Shown here: in pieces, positions 46,703-56,858 of the stretch
Layout of the letters: each line of letters opens with the position of its first letter
Position numbering within the stretch: the first letter of the stretch is position 1
Source: a virus
Direction: 5' to 3' (one strand)
Length of the DNA: 64,000 nt
Virus record (IMG/VR): IMGVR_UViG_3300044213_000060
Span: 28,903 to 92,902 of that record
Made by a program: the position numbers and the translations under genes
The notes under the pieces: model-generated
Databases searched by the model: none
Told to the model about the DNA's origin: nothing
What the model saw: only the letters and a program-made list of their open reading frames with translations

Positions 46703-47762
46703 AAATCTCCGAAACGAATTACTTGATATAACTGATCGAGTATACACCAGCGGCCAAGTATTAGATGGCAACTACACCAAGTACTTCGAACTAGAAATTT
46801 CAGAAAGATGCGATAGAGCCTATGCGGTAGCAATGGGTTCTTGTACGCAGGCACTTATATTTGCAAATGCATTTGGGGCGAAAAAAACAAATAAAGTTAT
46901 GATACCGGCAATAAGTTTTGCTGCAACATTAAACAGTGTAATAATGGGTGGATGCGAACCTGTGTTCTGTGATACTGATGACGCTGGTTTAATTGATTTG
47001 GCAAGTGTTGATTTTGCTATTGCTGGTGCAGGAGTGTCAACAATAAACTATGTGAATCTATGGGGACATACTGTTAACTGGGACAAATTTAGAATACACA
47101 CAGAATTCTTTAACCAGGATCTGTTTATTATAGAAGATGCGGCACAGAGTTTTGGTGCAAGCTACAAGGAAATTCCGTCGGGCAAAATGGGCACAGTAAG
47201 TTGTTTGAGCTTTGATCCTACCAAAAATCTCAACAACTACGGGTCCGGGGGCATGTTGCTTACCGATGATGTAGACATATACAATGCTGCAGTTAACTTT
47301 AGGGACAATGGTAAAATGGACGGGCATCATGACATCGGAACTAACTCAAAAATGAGTGAAGCAGACTGTGCACAGATGTTGGTAAAGTTGAGACACTTTG
47401 ATGCATGGCAGACACGCAGACAACAAATAGCCGACTACTATGCCAGCAACCTATACAGTTATGTGGATTGTGTGTTGCCCAAACACGATGTTACAAGTGC
47501 CTGGAGTAAGTTTGTTATTAGGTTAACTCACAGACACGGACTACGAACACATCTTAGCAACAACGGCGTAGAAACAAAGATACACTACGATAAAATCTTA
47601 ACAGAGTTGCCGATTGGCTATGAATATACTGATTATATAAATGAATCTTTTAGAGAAGCACACGCATTTACTAGAGAGTGTTTGAGTTTGCCAATCTACC
47701 CCGAACTCACAGACGCCGAAGTAGAGCACATTGTTAAATGTACTCTAGATTACTTGCGTTGA
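46653..47762 (+). CDS. DegT/DnrJ/EryC1/StrS sugar aminotransferase
   Basis: IEDAAQSFG, SFDPTKNL (PLP lysine), GGM, LSLPIYP. Confidence 0.93.
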   Translation: MSGSKIIPFFGIQRQYKNLRNELLDITDRVYTSGQVLDGNYTKYFELEISERCDRAYAVAMGSCTQALIFANAFGAKKTNKVMIPAISFAATLNSVIMGGCEPVFCDTDDAGLIDLASVDFAIAGAGVSTINYVNLWGHTVNWDKFRIHTEFFNQDLFIIEDAAQSFGASYKEIPSGKMGTVSCLSFDPTKNLNNYGSGGMLLTDDVDIYNAAVNFRDNGKMDGHHDIGTNSKMSEADCAQMLVKLRHFDAWQTRRQQIADYYASNLYSYVDCVLPKHDVTSAWSKFVIRLTHRHGLRTHLSNNGVETKIHYDKILTELPIGYEYTDYINESFREAHAFTRECLSLPIYPELTDAEVEHIVKCTLDYLR

Positions 47763-50700
47763 TAATAATCGTTTAACCAAGCCCATTCAAACGATAACTT
47801 TAGTTTTTCGTAATCCCCGCTGACACTATTGTAATAGTCAACAGCATCACGAGCTCCGGCCAAACAATCTTCAGCAAATGCACCTTTGGCTTGAGTTAGC
47901 CACACATCAAGTCTATGTGCAGTTTCAAGCGTTGGTTCCGTAGCATCAAAGTGTTTTAGTTTAACAACTTCGCGGAAAGCAGTGCGCCAGGTCATCCAAG
48001 CACTTTGGTTAAAATGTGCTGTTCCTGACAGTATTGGCACAGATTCGTGTGGTTGGCTTAGTGTAAAGTCAATACCTGGATTGTTATTTTGCAGAACCAA
48101 ATTCTTGTTGTAACATATTATTCCTTGGTGCCCATATTCCAATCCGTTTAAGGGATTACGTGCATTGAAGATATAGTGCTTGGGTCCTTGCCAGTAGTCG
48201 GGTTGCCAGGTAAACCATGGAAATTCTCCTCCGGCAACTTCCAACTTGGCAAACACAGCAAAGAACCAAGGTGTGCGACTACGACGTGCAGCTTCTTGGT
48301 AGGCCGCAGTACGTCCATTGACTCCACGCACCCATTCAATGTCATTGGTATTGCTTTGATAGCACAGGTGCTCATACCAACGTTGTTCGTCGGGTTCTCC
48401 GTTGCTGATATATACAATATCAATGCCCGGCATAGCACGGCCAGGATAGTAGCCATTATAGGCTTTTTCTATGCGGTCTAGGTAAGGATAATCGTAGATT
48501 TGTGTCCTTAAATCAGCCTTTATGTCCCGGGGTACTATACACGTAGCACCGTTGTTGGTTACTCTTACTACAGTACGATCTTTTTTGGTCCATAAACACG
48601 GAGATTCAGTTCGAAACTGTGATACAGCATCATTGGTAAACATCACATACGGAGTCTCGAAGTTGTAGTTCTTGATTTCTTCTATCAAGTCATCAGATTC
48701 ATAAACATGGACCGGCATTGGGAACACCGGAGCCTGATTTGTTTCAATGTAGTTGATCACATTAAACCAATCCAACAACTCCAACTCAACCATTTGTGTC
48801 TTGAATGATTCCACATGTATGTAGAATGTGTCACCACGTGGTCTACGGGCAGATCCAAAGCAATGTATCATTTCGCGTTGCCAGGGTTCTGGTTGCCAGG
48901 TAAAGTCAAAGTAATCGTAGTTGACCGTACTGTTTAGTATCCAAACAAATTCTGTTTCGGCGGTAGTCATAATACGTTTAAATGTATCAAGATAGTTGTC
49001 TACAAAACGTGTGCGCACAATCTCTGGATATTCGGCTTGTAATATTTTAAACGAAGTGTCGCTTTCGGGATTGCCGTGGTCAACAAAGTAAATGTTATTT
49101 AGATTTTCAGGCTTTGTTACTGTTTGGTTTGTTACAAAGTTCAAGTTGGGAAATTGTTCAATGCCGGCGGCCCAGCGACTGTGTCGTTCAAACTCCCACC
49201 GGTTGATCAAGAATGTGTCTGACCATTTGTTGTGTTGACTTGGGAATACGTGTGTCATATAACTCTGCCAAGGTTGAGCGTGCCAGGTAAAGTCAAATGT
49301 GTTATAGTTGTATTCGCTGCTAATAACCCAAAACTTATTTGTTTTCGAACGTGCCACGCATCTTTGTATAGTGGCCATTATTGAATTTGCATAACGTATA
49401 CGCTGTATGTTAGGGTACTGAGCTTGTAATCGATCAAATCGTACACCGGCAGTGGCATTGTTGCGATCAACAAAGAATATATCTAAGACTTCTACAGATT
49501 TTTTTAATTTTATAATACGAGGTATTTCAGATTCAAATCTAATATCTGTAGCACCGGGTACTGTGTAGGTTAACCCTACGCTGACTTGATGTTCAGTGCC
49601 AAAGTGATAGATGTACGGTGGGTTGCCAGGATCAGGTACCCACGAAAAGTCTATGTTTGCAGCATCTACTTCTTCGGGCACAGTCCACTGTGTTTGATCT
49701 GCAGGTAGTCTAGCACGTGGTTCATCCATGTACTTGCGTTCTGTGGCTCCGGGCATGTGATACTCTACTGTGGCCATTTTTTCTGCGGGATACCACTGAT
49801 TACCAAACACATAGATGTAGGCCGGAGATCCAGGTTCAGGATGCCAGGAGTAATCCCATTCACAGTCAATGATGGTATGCCAATGATGATCGCGATGTTC
49901 GGTCAACTGTGCCGTCGGATACTGCATGTACTTGCGTTCTGTAGCACCTGGCATATGATATTCAACAGTAGCATCAATTTCGGCAGCATAATATTGATTA
50001 CCAAACACATAGTTGTATGCAGGAGATCCGGGTTCAGGCTCCCACGAATAATCAAACGTGATATTTGGATAGTTTCTTATAAACTTATCAGGATTACCAA
50101 TTCTACGAGCCTTTGGCTCTGACATGTATTTTCGTTCTGTGGCGCCATCAACTTGATATTCCAATGCCGGGCGAATCTCGGCAGACATCCACTGATTACC
50201 AAATACATAAATATAAGGAGGATCAGTGGGGTTAGGTTTCCAACTATAATCAAATTCTTCTATGTTGTCTAATAAAATCCAATTTCGATACTTGGCTGAT
50301 ATCTTTGCTACTGCTTCCATGTATTTTATTTCATCTCCGCCGGCACGGAATATCACTGTGGGTTCTAATACAGCAGGATTCCATTGATTGCCCCAGATAT
50401 AAGTCAGTGGGGGTTCTTTGGGGTTTGGATGCCAACTGTAATCAAATTCATCTATGTCGAATTGGTTTTCAAACAACTCAGGTTGTGGTAATCTAACAGT
50501 TCTGGCTTCCATGTATTTTACTTCTGCTGCACCCGGTACAACATATCTTAGACTAGTATGGTATTCTGCAGGCCAATGTTGATTGCCCCATTCATAGATA
50601 TATGCAGGATCACGAGGATTGGGTACCCAAGACCAGTCCCAAATATTTTCGTCAATGGGTTCTAGTATTTCCCAATTTATTCGTGATGGTAACAGGCGTG

Positions 50701-51964
50701 CAACTATGCCTTCTACAAATTTTTCTTCTACAGCACCCGGCACAGTATATTTTACTGTGGGCATGATTGTTCCAGGATAGTGTTGATTGCCAAACACATA
50801 GATATAAGGGGGATCACCAGGATCTGGATGCCAAGAGTAGTCAAACTTTATTGCATGGTCAACAACAATTGTCCAATTTGTATCTGTTGGAGTTAATGTT
50901 GCAATTAATTCATCTACATATTTTTGTTCGGTGGCACCTTCTACATGGTATTCAACTGTAGACATTTTTTCTGCAGCATGCCATTGATTGCCGAACACAT
51001 AGATATAAGGTGGTGCACCTGGATCAGGTTCCCATGAATAATCAAATACACACTGTGCATTTATTTTAAAATTGCCAGGAACACTTCGACGTCGTACCTG
51101 TAATTCTGATACAAATTTATTTTCTGTGGCACCAGGAACACAGTACACCACTGATGCACGAACTTCTGGTGGATGCCATTGATTACCGAACACATAGTTG
51201 TATGGCGGATCTGTTGGATTAGGGCGCCAACTAAAATCAAACTCTTCTACTTCATCTAATATTTCCCAGTTAGTTATGTCTGCGGCCACTTGGGCAACAA
51301 CGTCATCAATATATTTTATTTCTGTAGCATCATGAACTGTGTAAACAATTGTAGGTTCTAATACTGCAGGATTCCATTGGTTACCAAACACATAAGTGTA
51401 TGGCGGATCAAGCGGATTAGGATGCCATGAATAATCAAATTCGGCAACTGCAATGTTAACGCCAAATGCCTGTGGATTATCTATAGCACGAACAACAAAT
51501 GCATCCACTAACTTGACTTCGGTGGCACCTGGTACTACATATGTCACACCTGATGCACTTTGATGTTGATCAGGGAAGTGATAGATGTAAGCGGGGTCCA
51601 TGGGATTGGGACTCCAACGCCAGTTGATGCTTGCAGGATCTATGTGGTCTGGAATTGACCACTGTTCTTTCACCGGCAGTCTATGCACTCGCATGCCGCC
51701 GTCATGATAGCACTCGGCACCTGCAGGATTTTGTGTTAGATACACATTGCCGTTGTTGTTGTGTTGATCAGGCCAGATGTGAGTATAGTCAGATTCCCAA
51801 GGTACAGGTTGATATTCAAAATCAAATCCAGTATAGTCATTGCCGCCATAAATATACCAGTAGAAGCCAGTTCTACTTTTCTTGGCAGCATCTTCCAAGC
51901 TGTCAGCAGCTTGTTCAAATTCAAACAAATTGGGCTTTGGCCCATAATAAAAAACGTCAAACAT
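47750..51964 (-). CDS. 1404-aa protein: 11 tandem Trp/Pro-rich repeats plus three degenerate GT-A-like domains
   Basis: Repeat consensus FDYSWxPxPxxPPYIYVFGNQW...YxVPGATExKY; the last domain aligns with 18173..19078. Confidence 0.75.
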   Translation of the reverse strand: MFDVFYYGPKPNLFEFEQAADSLEDAAKKSRTGFYWYIYGGNDYTGFDFEYQPVPWESDYTHIWPDQHNNNGNVYLTQNPAGAECYHDGGMRVHRLPVKEQWSIPDHIDPASINWRWSPNPMDPAYIYHFPDQHQSASGVTYVVPGATEVKLVDAFVVRAIDNPQAFGVNIAVAEFDYSWHPNPLDPPYTYVFGNQWNPAVLEPTIVYTVHDATEIKYIDDVVAQVAADITNWEILDEVEEFDFSWRPNPTDPPYNYVFGNQWHPPEVRASVVYCVPGATENKFVSELQVRRRSVPGNFKINAQCVFDYSWEPDPGAPPYIYVFGNQWHAAEKMSTVEYHVEGATEQKYVDELIATLTPTDTNWTIVVDHAIKFDYSWHPDPGDPPYIYVFGNQHYPGTIMPTVKYTVPGAVEEKFVEGIVARLLPSRINWEILEPIDENIWDWSWVPNPRDPAYIYEWGNQHWPAEYHTSLRYVVPGAAEVKYMEARTVRLPQPELFENQFDIDEFDYSWHPNPKEPPLTYIWGNQWNPAVLEPTVIFRAGGDEIKYMEAVAKISAKYRNWILLDNIEEFDYSWKPNPTDPPYIYVFGNQWMSAEIRPALEYQVDGATERKYMSEPKARRIGNPDKFIRNYPNITFDYSWEPEPGSPAYNYVFGNQYYAAEIDATVEYHMPGATERKYMQYPTAQLTEHRDHHWHTIIDCEWDYSWHPEPGSPAYIYVFGNQWYPAEKMATVEYHMPGATERKYMDEPRARLPADQTQWTVPEEVDAANIDFSWVPDPGNPPYIYHFGTEHQVSVGLTYTVPGATDIRFESEIPRIIKLKKSVEVLDIFFVDRNNATAGVRFDRLQAQYPNIQRIRYANSIMATIQRCVARSKTNKFWVISSEYNYNTFDFTWHAQPWQSYMTHVFPSQHNKWSDTFLINRWEFERHSRWAAGIEQFPNLNFVTNQTVTKPENLNNIYFVDHGNPESDTSFKILQAEYPEIVRTRFVDNYLDTFKRIMTTAETEFVWILNSTVNYDYFDFTWQPEPWQREMIHCFGSARRPRGDTFYIHVESFKTQMVELELLDWFNVINYIETNQAPVFPMPVHVYESDDLIEEIKNYNFETPYVMFTNDAVSQFRTESPCLWTKKDRTVVRVTNNGATCIVPRDIKADLRTQIYDYPYLDRIEKAYNGYYPGRAMPGIDIVYISNGEPDEQRWYEHLCYQSNTNDIEWVRGVNGRTAAYQEAARRSRTPWFFAVFAKLEVAGGEFPWFTWQPDYWQGPKHYIFNARNPLNGLEYGHQGIICYNKNLVLQNNNPGIDFTLSQPHESVPILSGTAHFNQSAWMTWRTAFREVVKLKHFDATEPTLETAHRLDVWLTQAKGAFAEDCLAGARDAVDYYNSVSGDYEKLKLSFEWAWLNDYYQRK
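49535..51665 (-). repeat. 11 tandem ~65-aa repeats with higher-order period of five
   Basis: Units 2-6 match units 7-11 pairwise (e.g. NPAVLEPT in 2 and 7; PNPTDPPY in 3 and 8). Boundaries are approximate. Confidence 0.85.
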
Positions 51965-53105
51965 GTATAATCTTCACAGTCATTATGAGAATGTGTTTAA
52001 TCTATTGAACACTATTATAACAGATCCTAGAGTACTTTATCTACATCCTTTTGGATCAACTAAACCAGAAAATCTGGAATTATTGGCACAAAATACAGAT
52101 GGGTGGGATAGTCGTGTCCGGTGGCACAGAGGACCATTGTTTATAATGTATGATCAAGAACCTATACTAGATGTATTTAATGATGAATTATTTACGCATA
52201 TACAAAATTCGTTTCGTGGACCTTTTATATTGGTGACCACAGAAAAAAATAGTGAGACTGTTGATAGGGTTAAAGAAAAATTTGGGTGGCCAATTGTTTA
52301 TTATTTTCATCATGTATTCGCTGCACATGATTGGTACAGGGGGTATCAATTTGATAGTTTATTGATACCGCCAGAAAAAAGAACAATTAATAAAAAATAT
52401 ATAACATTTAATAGACTACATAGTGCAGGAAGAATTTATCGTTGCTTACTTATAAATGAATTAATTAAACATGAAATTTTAGATCAAGGACATGTTAGTC
52501 TCAATGATGTGTGTCCAGAAAATAATTTAGATTATCAAACTAATTTATTACAAACAACTTTTCCAATACCAAAAGAATTAGTAACAGAAACAATAGCAAA
52601 TATAGATCGAGTTCCTAAACCATTAAGAATTGATTATAAAGATCAAGAGTCTATTCCTAACCATAGTATGGTGTTAAGTGCGGTAAGAGAAACTCAAGAA
52701 AGTTTTTTATATGTAGTTACAGAAACCTGTTATTGGGAACAAAAATGTCATTTAACAGAAAAAATATTTAAACCGATTGTAAGTCGTATGCCATTTATAC
52801 TAGTAGGTCCGGCACATAATCTTGAGTATTTAAAATCTTATGGATTTAAAACTTTTGATTGTTGGATAGATGAAAGTTATGACTCTATCAAAGATCCAAT
52901 TCAACGTATGACTGCTGTTGGACAAGTATTAAAATATGTATGCGATAAAACTACAGATGAATTAAAAACAATGCTCTTAGAGATGCAACCTGTTATAGAA
53001 TATAATTATAATTTATTTTACAGTCCAGGATTTTTACAATATGCCTGGGATGAATTTAAAAGTAATTTACAACTAGGGATAAATTCTATCCCCGGCCTTA
53101 AGTAA
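51963..53105 (+). CDS. Putative GT-B/GT10-like glycosyltransferase
   Basis: VVTET...LTEKIFKPI...PFILVG resembles the E...TEK donor-binding motif of GT10 fucosyltransferases. Confidence 0.45.
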   Translation: MYNLHSHYENVFNLLNTIITDPRVLYLHPFGSTKPENLELLAQNTDGWDSRVRWHRGPLFIMYDQEPILDVFNDELFTHIQNSFRGPFILVTTEKNSETVDRVKEKFGWPIVYYFHHVFAAHDWYRGYQFDSLLIPPEKRTINKKYITFNRLHSAGRIYRCLLINELIKHEILDQGHVSLNDVCPENNLDYQTNLLQTTFPIPKELVTETIANIDRVPKPLRIDYKDQESIPNHSMVLSAVRETQESFLYVVTETCYWEQKCHLTEKIFKPIVSRMPFILVGPAHNLEYLKSYGFKTFDCWIDESYDSIKDPIQRMTAVGQVLKYVCDKTTDELKTMLLEMQPVIEYNYNLFYSPGFLQYAWDEFKSNLQLGINSIPGLK

Positions 53106-53360
53106 CACAACAGAAAATTTATCTGTTTTAAATTGTGTATTAAGTTTCTTTGCAAGATTGATGGCATGTCCCGGATTAGAAAAAGAACATTTACGATATT
53201 TAGGACCAGGATAACTGATCAGTGCATTTGATGTTTTTAGATTAATAGGCATGTTGTCATAAAACACCGCCCAGATACCTTCGCTAGACAATACTTGATC
53301 ACTTTTATAGGTAGTTTTGTTAACATTTTCAAGTAGGATAGTTGGCTTGGGTCTTGACAT
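53073..53360 (-). CDS. Hypothetical protein (MSRPKP...FSNPGHA)
   Basis: AAGGA RBS and TAAATA box upstream. Confidence 0.65.
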   Translation of the reverse strand: MSRPKPTILLENVNKTTYKSDQVLSSEGIWAVFYDNMPINLKTSNALISYPGPKYRKCSFSNPGHAINLAKKLNTQFKTDKFSVVLLKAGDRIYP

Positions 53361-53402
53361 TATATTTCCTTGATTACTTATTTATCTCTTTAAATACGCA
53401 CT

Positions 53403-53624
53403 TTATTTGAAAGCCCCACCATCCATAGAAATTTGGACAATTTCTGAAGTGTTTACTGCAACTGGTTCACTAGCTAATTCTGCAAAATTTGCTAATAATG
53501 TAAAGATATCGGCCTGTAGCGCACGTGCTTCTTCGGCACTTAACATTAGTTGTCGACTGTTACTTTGATTCATGACCTGTAGTTTTTCATTAAACTTACG
53601 CATGTGAATACTTAACTGTTGCAT
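53403..53624 (-). CDS. Hypothetical protein
   Basis: 73 aa. Confidence 0.55.
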   Translation of the reverse strand: MQQLSIHMRKFNEKLQVMNQSNSRQLMLSAEEARALQADIFTLLANFAELASEPVAVNTSEIVQISMDGGAFK

Positions 53625-54079
53625 TGGTTTATCCTTTGTTGTGCTTCGTCTGCAGTTTTAAACGGGCCTTGGAATTCGTATCTTTTTAATGTAATAATTT
53701 TTGGACAATATGTTTTTACCCATTGCTGGTTATATTTTACCAGATAATGTCCGGCACAATAAAAACTCTTACTTTTTAAAGTTTTGCTGTATATTGGCAA
53801 TCGTCGGCGTACATCCCATATCTCATTGTGCGGCCTAGAGCTACATGGATAGCCGTGCACGTTGTGACTAATGTTTGTAGATTTTGCTAAACGAGATCGA
53901 TCAAACACAATGTTATATTTTTCGCTTATTAATTTTATAGTGGAAAATACTTCACGTTGATCATCGTGTACATAAACAAAGCCTCTTGGCTCTAATGCCA
54001 TAATAGTAGCAACTTTACTACCATCTTTTTCTACTACCCAACATTTATTTTTAACTATCGATTTTGCTAGCATATTCAT
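53612..54079 (-). CDS. Hypothetical protein
   Basis: 155 aa. Confidence 0.6.
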   Translation of the reverse strand: MNMLAKSIVKNKCWVVEKDGSKVATIMALEPRGFVYVHDDQREVFSTIKLISEKYNIVFDRSRLAKSTNISHNVHGYPCSSRPHNEIWDVRRRLPIYSKTLKSKSFYCAGHYLVKYNQQWVKTYCPKIITLKRYEFQGPFKTADEAQQRINQCNS

Positions 54080-54080
54080 A

Positions 54081-54443
54081 TTATGAAAGTATGAGACCTA
54101 TTGTAAGATAGGTTATTTGATGAGCCATTTGGTCTAGGCCAAAATCACACCAGAACTGTTTTTCTTTAATATTGTTGTTACCGTAGTTCATTTTCACCCA
54201 ATCTATGTGATAATGAATAATTCCGTCAAATAGTCCTAGTAATAATCCAGCAATAACAAAATTACTACCCCCGGGAATCATTACACATATTAGTGTACCA
54301 AATCCATGTTTGACGCTATGCATTATACCTTTGTAGTCACCATAGATACCTTTGTGATCAATTTCTGTTTGTGTTTGTATTACAAAGTCGCAGTACCAGT
54401 GCTTTATTTGTAATAAAATCAACAAAAAGAAAATTTCGGTCAT
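54081..54443 (-). CDS. DUF3307-like membrane protein
   Basis: KHWYCDFVIQ, HYHIDWVK, DQMAH. Confidence 0.7.
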   Translation of the reverse strand: MTEIFFLLILLQIKHWYCDFVIQTQTEIDHKGIYGDYKGIMHSVKHGFGTLICVMIPGGSNFVIAGLLLGLFDGIIHYHIDWVKMNYGNNNIKEKQFWCDFGLDQMAHQITYLTIGLILS

Positions 54444-55429
54444 GCGGGATATCCTGCAGATAAAAATTCACTAATCTGTGAGACATTGTCGCTAAGCCGA
54501 TTAAGTTCGTACTTACCACAGAACTTTAAAAACTGTGCGCCAACCATCGGACGAGATTTCGTTACAGAATTTGTCGAAATAGTTTCTGTAATAATCTTTT
54601 TAATATTTTCAGGCTGTGCAGTTAGATCAACTAACACACGATTGCGTTCATAGTCATCTAATACACGATGTTCCTGGCCTTCGTGGTCGGTCCAACGTTG
54701 CAGCATTAGATTATTCCACGCATAACCCTTTTTCTCACGGTCTGCGAACGCTTCTTGTAAACCGACTTTATTTTTGGTACCTTTAGTCCGAACACCCGGG
54801 TAGGCGGAGAATATGTTATCGGTTGGATCGCCGCGAACGCATTTTTCAAATAAGATCCAAGTTGGGTCAGGGACCGCTTTTGGCTCCTTAGTTTTTTTAT
54901 CTTTGACTGGGGCACCTTTTTTGTCAAATATGCCCGTGATCGTGTGTAGCTCATCTGTAATTCCGTTATATTGATTCACGTTAGCGGCCAGCAGTTGATG
55001 AAAGTCTGAATCCGAACTTACGATGGTATGGTGATCCTCAGGGTGACTCGAGATCCATCCTGCCACCAAGTCATCTGCTTCCAAGTGCTCGTGCCGGAGA
55101 ACAGTACAATTGGACTTTTCTGATAAGAAGGTTTTGAGATTGTCAAAAGCTTCCCAAAATAGTTGATCTTCTTCTTGTTCTTTTTCTGTGAGCGCGGCTC
55201 GGGCAACTGCGCGGTTTTTCTTGTATGGCTCATAATAATCCTTACGCCACGAACGGCCTTCTAAGCAGAATACAACATGATCGGCATGTTGGTCACGCCA
55301 ACATTTTAATACGCTACTAAGCGTAACATGGATTGCAAAACCCAAACGATCCCAAGTATCACTTTGACGGTGAGCGGCATGTCTGGCACGAAAAAATGTG
55401 TTAGCTGTGTCAACGATTAAATAGTTCAT
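54440..55429 (-). CDS. 5'-3' exonuclease (T4 RNase H/FEN family)
   Basis: IVDTANTFFR, YKKNR, EADD, SSDSDFHQL, GDPTDNI..PGV. Confidence 0.88.
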   Translation of the reverse strand: MNYLIVDTANTFFRARHAAHRQSDTWDRLGFAIHVTLSSVLKCWRDQHADHVVFCLEGRSWRKDYYEPYKKNRAVARAALTEKEQEEDQLFWEAFDNLKTFLSEKSNCTVLRHEHLEADDLVAGWISSHPEDHHTIVSSDSDFHQLLAANVNQYNGITDELHTITGIFDKKGAPVKDKKTKEPKAVPDPTWILFEKCVRGDPTDNIFSAYPGVRTKGTKNKVGLQEAFADREKKGYAWNNLMLQRWTDHEGQEHRVLDDYERNRVLVDLTAQPENIKKIITETISTNSVTKSRPMVGAQFLKFCGKYELNRLSDNVSQISEFLSAGYPA

Positions 55430-55435
55430 AGTATA

Positions 55436-55464
55436 ATAATAGCATATTATTATCGTTGTGTCAA
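55436..55464 (-). promoter_or_regulatory. Promoter TTGACA-N17-TATTAT with TG, probably leaderless
   Basis: -35 at 55464-55459, -10 at 55441-55436, ATG 6 nt downstream. Confidence 0.7.
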
Positions 55465-56160
55465 GAAATATTCTGCTATTTTTTGGTGAGTTTTTGGTCC
55501 AGGATGCGATCCATCTCTAGCCAAATCAAGCATTCCATACTGAGAAAAAAAAGTATTTGAATCTAATTCGTTAATACTAAAGTTGTATATTTTTGATAAC
55601 ATATAAACTATAGCTTGATTTTTAAAAAACCGATTAGCAGATTCACTTTTAGACATATACCATACATCTTCAATTGATGCAGATTTTGATACTATATTTA
55701 TAATTGGTATTATTTCTGGCCGATTGGGGTAATATTTTTCAAATCTTGATGCTTCTGGCCAAAAAATATATGCAGTCTGCACAGAAAAAAGAGAAACAAC
55801 GTTGGTCATTATTCTTGCAACAGTATCTGTTGTACCACCACCGACTCCAAAATTCAGCATAGGAATACCAGTGGCCTGTTCTATTAAGTTAGACCAACGC
55901 ATGCTTTCTGCAATACCAACCCCCAAAGTATGACTACATCCCAGTGCAATATTTACTTTTTTATCTCGGTACAGATCTAAATTGTATGTTCGAAATCCTG
56001 TACTATTATATACATACGGAATATCAATATTCATCCATTCTTGTCTGTTGGGATTTTTATTTAAATTTTCTTCGGTGTCGGTAGCGTCCCAATACAAAGT
56101 TGTATTACGTGGAGCAGCAGTATATGGTAAAATTCCATGTCTCCAAAAGTTTTCGATCAT
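55450..56160 (-). CDS. SGNH-like protein
   Basis: GCSHTLG, NFGVGGGT, DGSHP; start set at the ATGA overlap. Confidence 0.65.
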   Translation of the reverse strand: MIENFWRHGILPYTAAPRNTTLYWDATDTEENLNKNPNRQEWMNIDIPYVYNSTGFRTYNLDLYRDKKVNIALGCSHTLGVGIAESMRWSNLIEQATGIPMLNFGVGGGTTDTVARIMTNVVSLFSVQTAYIFWPEASRFEKYYPNRPEIIPIINIVSKSASIEDVWYMSKSESANRFFKNQAIVYMLSKIYNFSINELDSNTFFSQYGMLDLARDGSHPGPKTHQKIAEYFLTQR

Positions 56161-56858
56161 CTTGTTAATTCCATTTCTACCATATATTTGAATAAAAAAT
56201 CGGCCCATGCAGAGTGTGCATCTGCGCCAAAGTGGAAAGATTTTGGATTAACTGTTTTGAAACCATTTTTTCGGCACCAATTATAGTAAGTATACTCATT
56301 ATCGTATGGTTTTACGTATCTATGATCCCAGTTGTATACTGGTAAACGATATATATTAAAAGATTCATAACAGGTAAAAAACACATGCGGAATTTCTAAT
56401 AAATTTAGAAAATGGTGAAATTCCCAGATTTTAGCTTCTGATTCCTGTGCTTTTTCTTGGAAGTTTACACTAACAATCCATTCTTTATACCGTTGTTTTA
56501 CAGCCGCAGGCCAATCTTCTCCTACGCCTCCGGCATTGACCTGCCACCAACGATCTTCTTCGAACCATTCTTCTCGTTCCCAAGTGCTCCAACCAATAAC
56601 AACATAATCTGGACGATTGGTCTTTAGATATTCTTTAGTCGTTCTAATAATACGATCATTGCTGCTAGCCGACTCAGCATCACAATGTAAAACTGCAGAC
56701 ATCCGATTAGCAAGTTCACAACCCCAACTTACACGGAGATTGTCTGGATGCGGTTGCCGACCCAATCCACGATATAAGTAGTCATCTTCGGCAAAACAAT
56801 GTGGATTAACTGCTTCGGCTCCGGCTGTATGGCTGTCGCCGTTTACATATAAAATCAT
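56157..56858 (-). CDS. SGNH-like protein
   Basis: GDSHTAG, ASSN, VIGWS, FHF. Confidence 0.62.
   Translation of the reverse strand: MILYVNGDSHTAGAEAVNPHCFAEDDYLYRGLGRQPHPDNLRVSWGCELANRMSAVLHCDAESASSNDRIIRTTKEYLKTNRPDYVVIGWSTWEREEWFEEDRWWQVNAGGVGEDWPAAVKQRYKEWIVSVNFQEKAQESEAKIWEFHHFLNLLEIPHVFFTCYESFNIYRLPVYNWDHRYVKPYDNEYTYYNWCRKNGFKTVNPKSFHFGADAHSAWADFLFKYMVEMELTR

Noticed and set aside
49700-50000. Diversity-generating retroelement TR/VR pair among near-identical repeats
   Set aside because: Differences are mostly synonymous and not adenine-specific, and there is no reverse transcriptase in the window.
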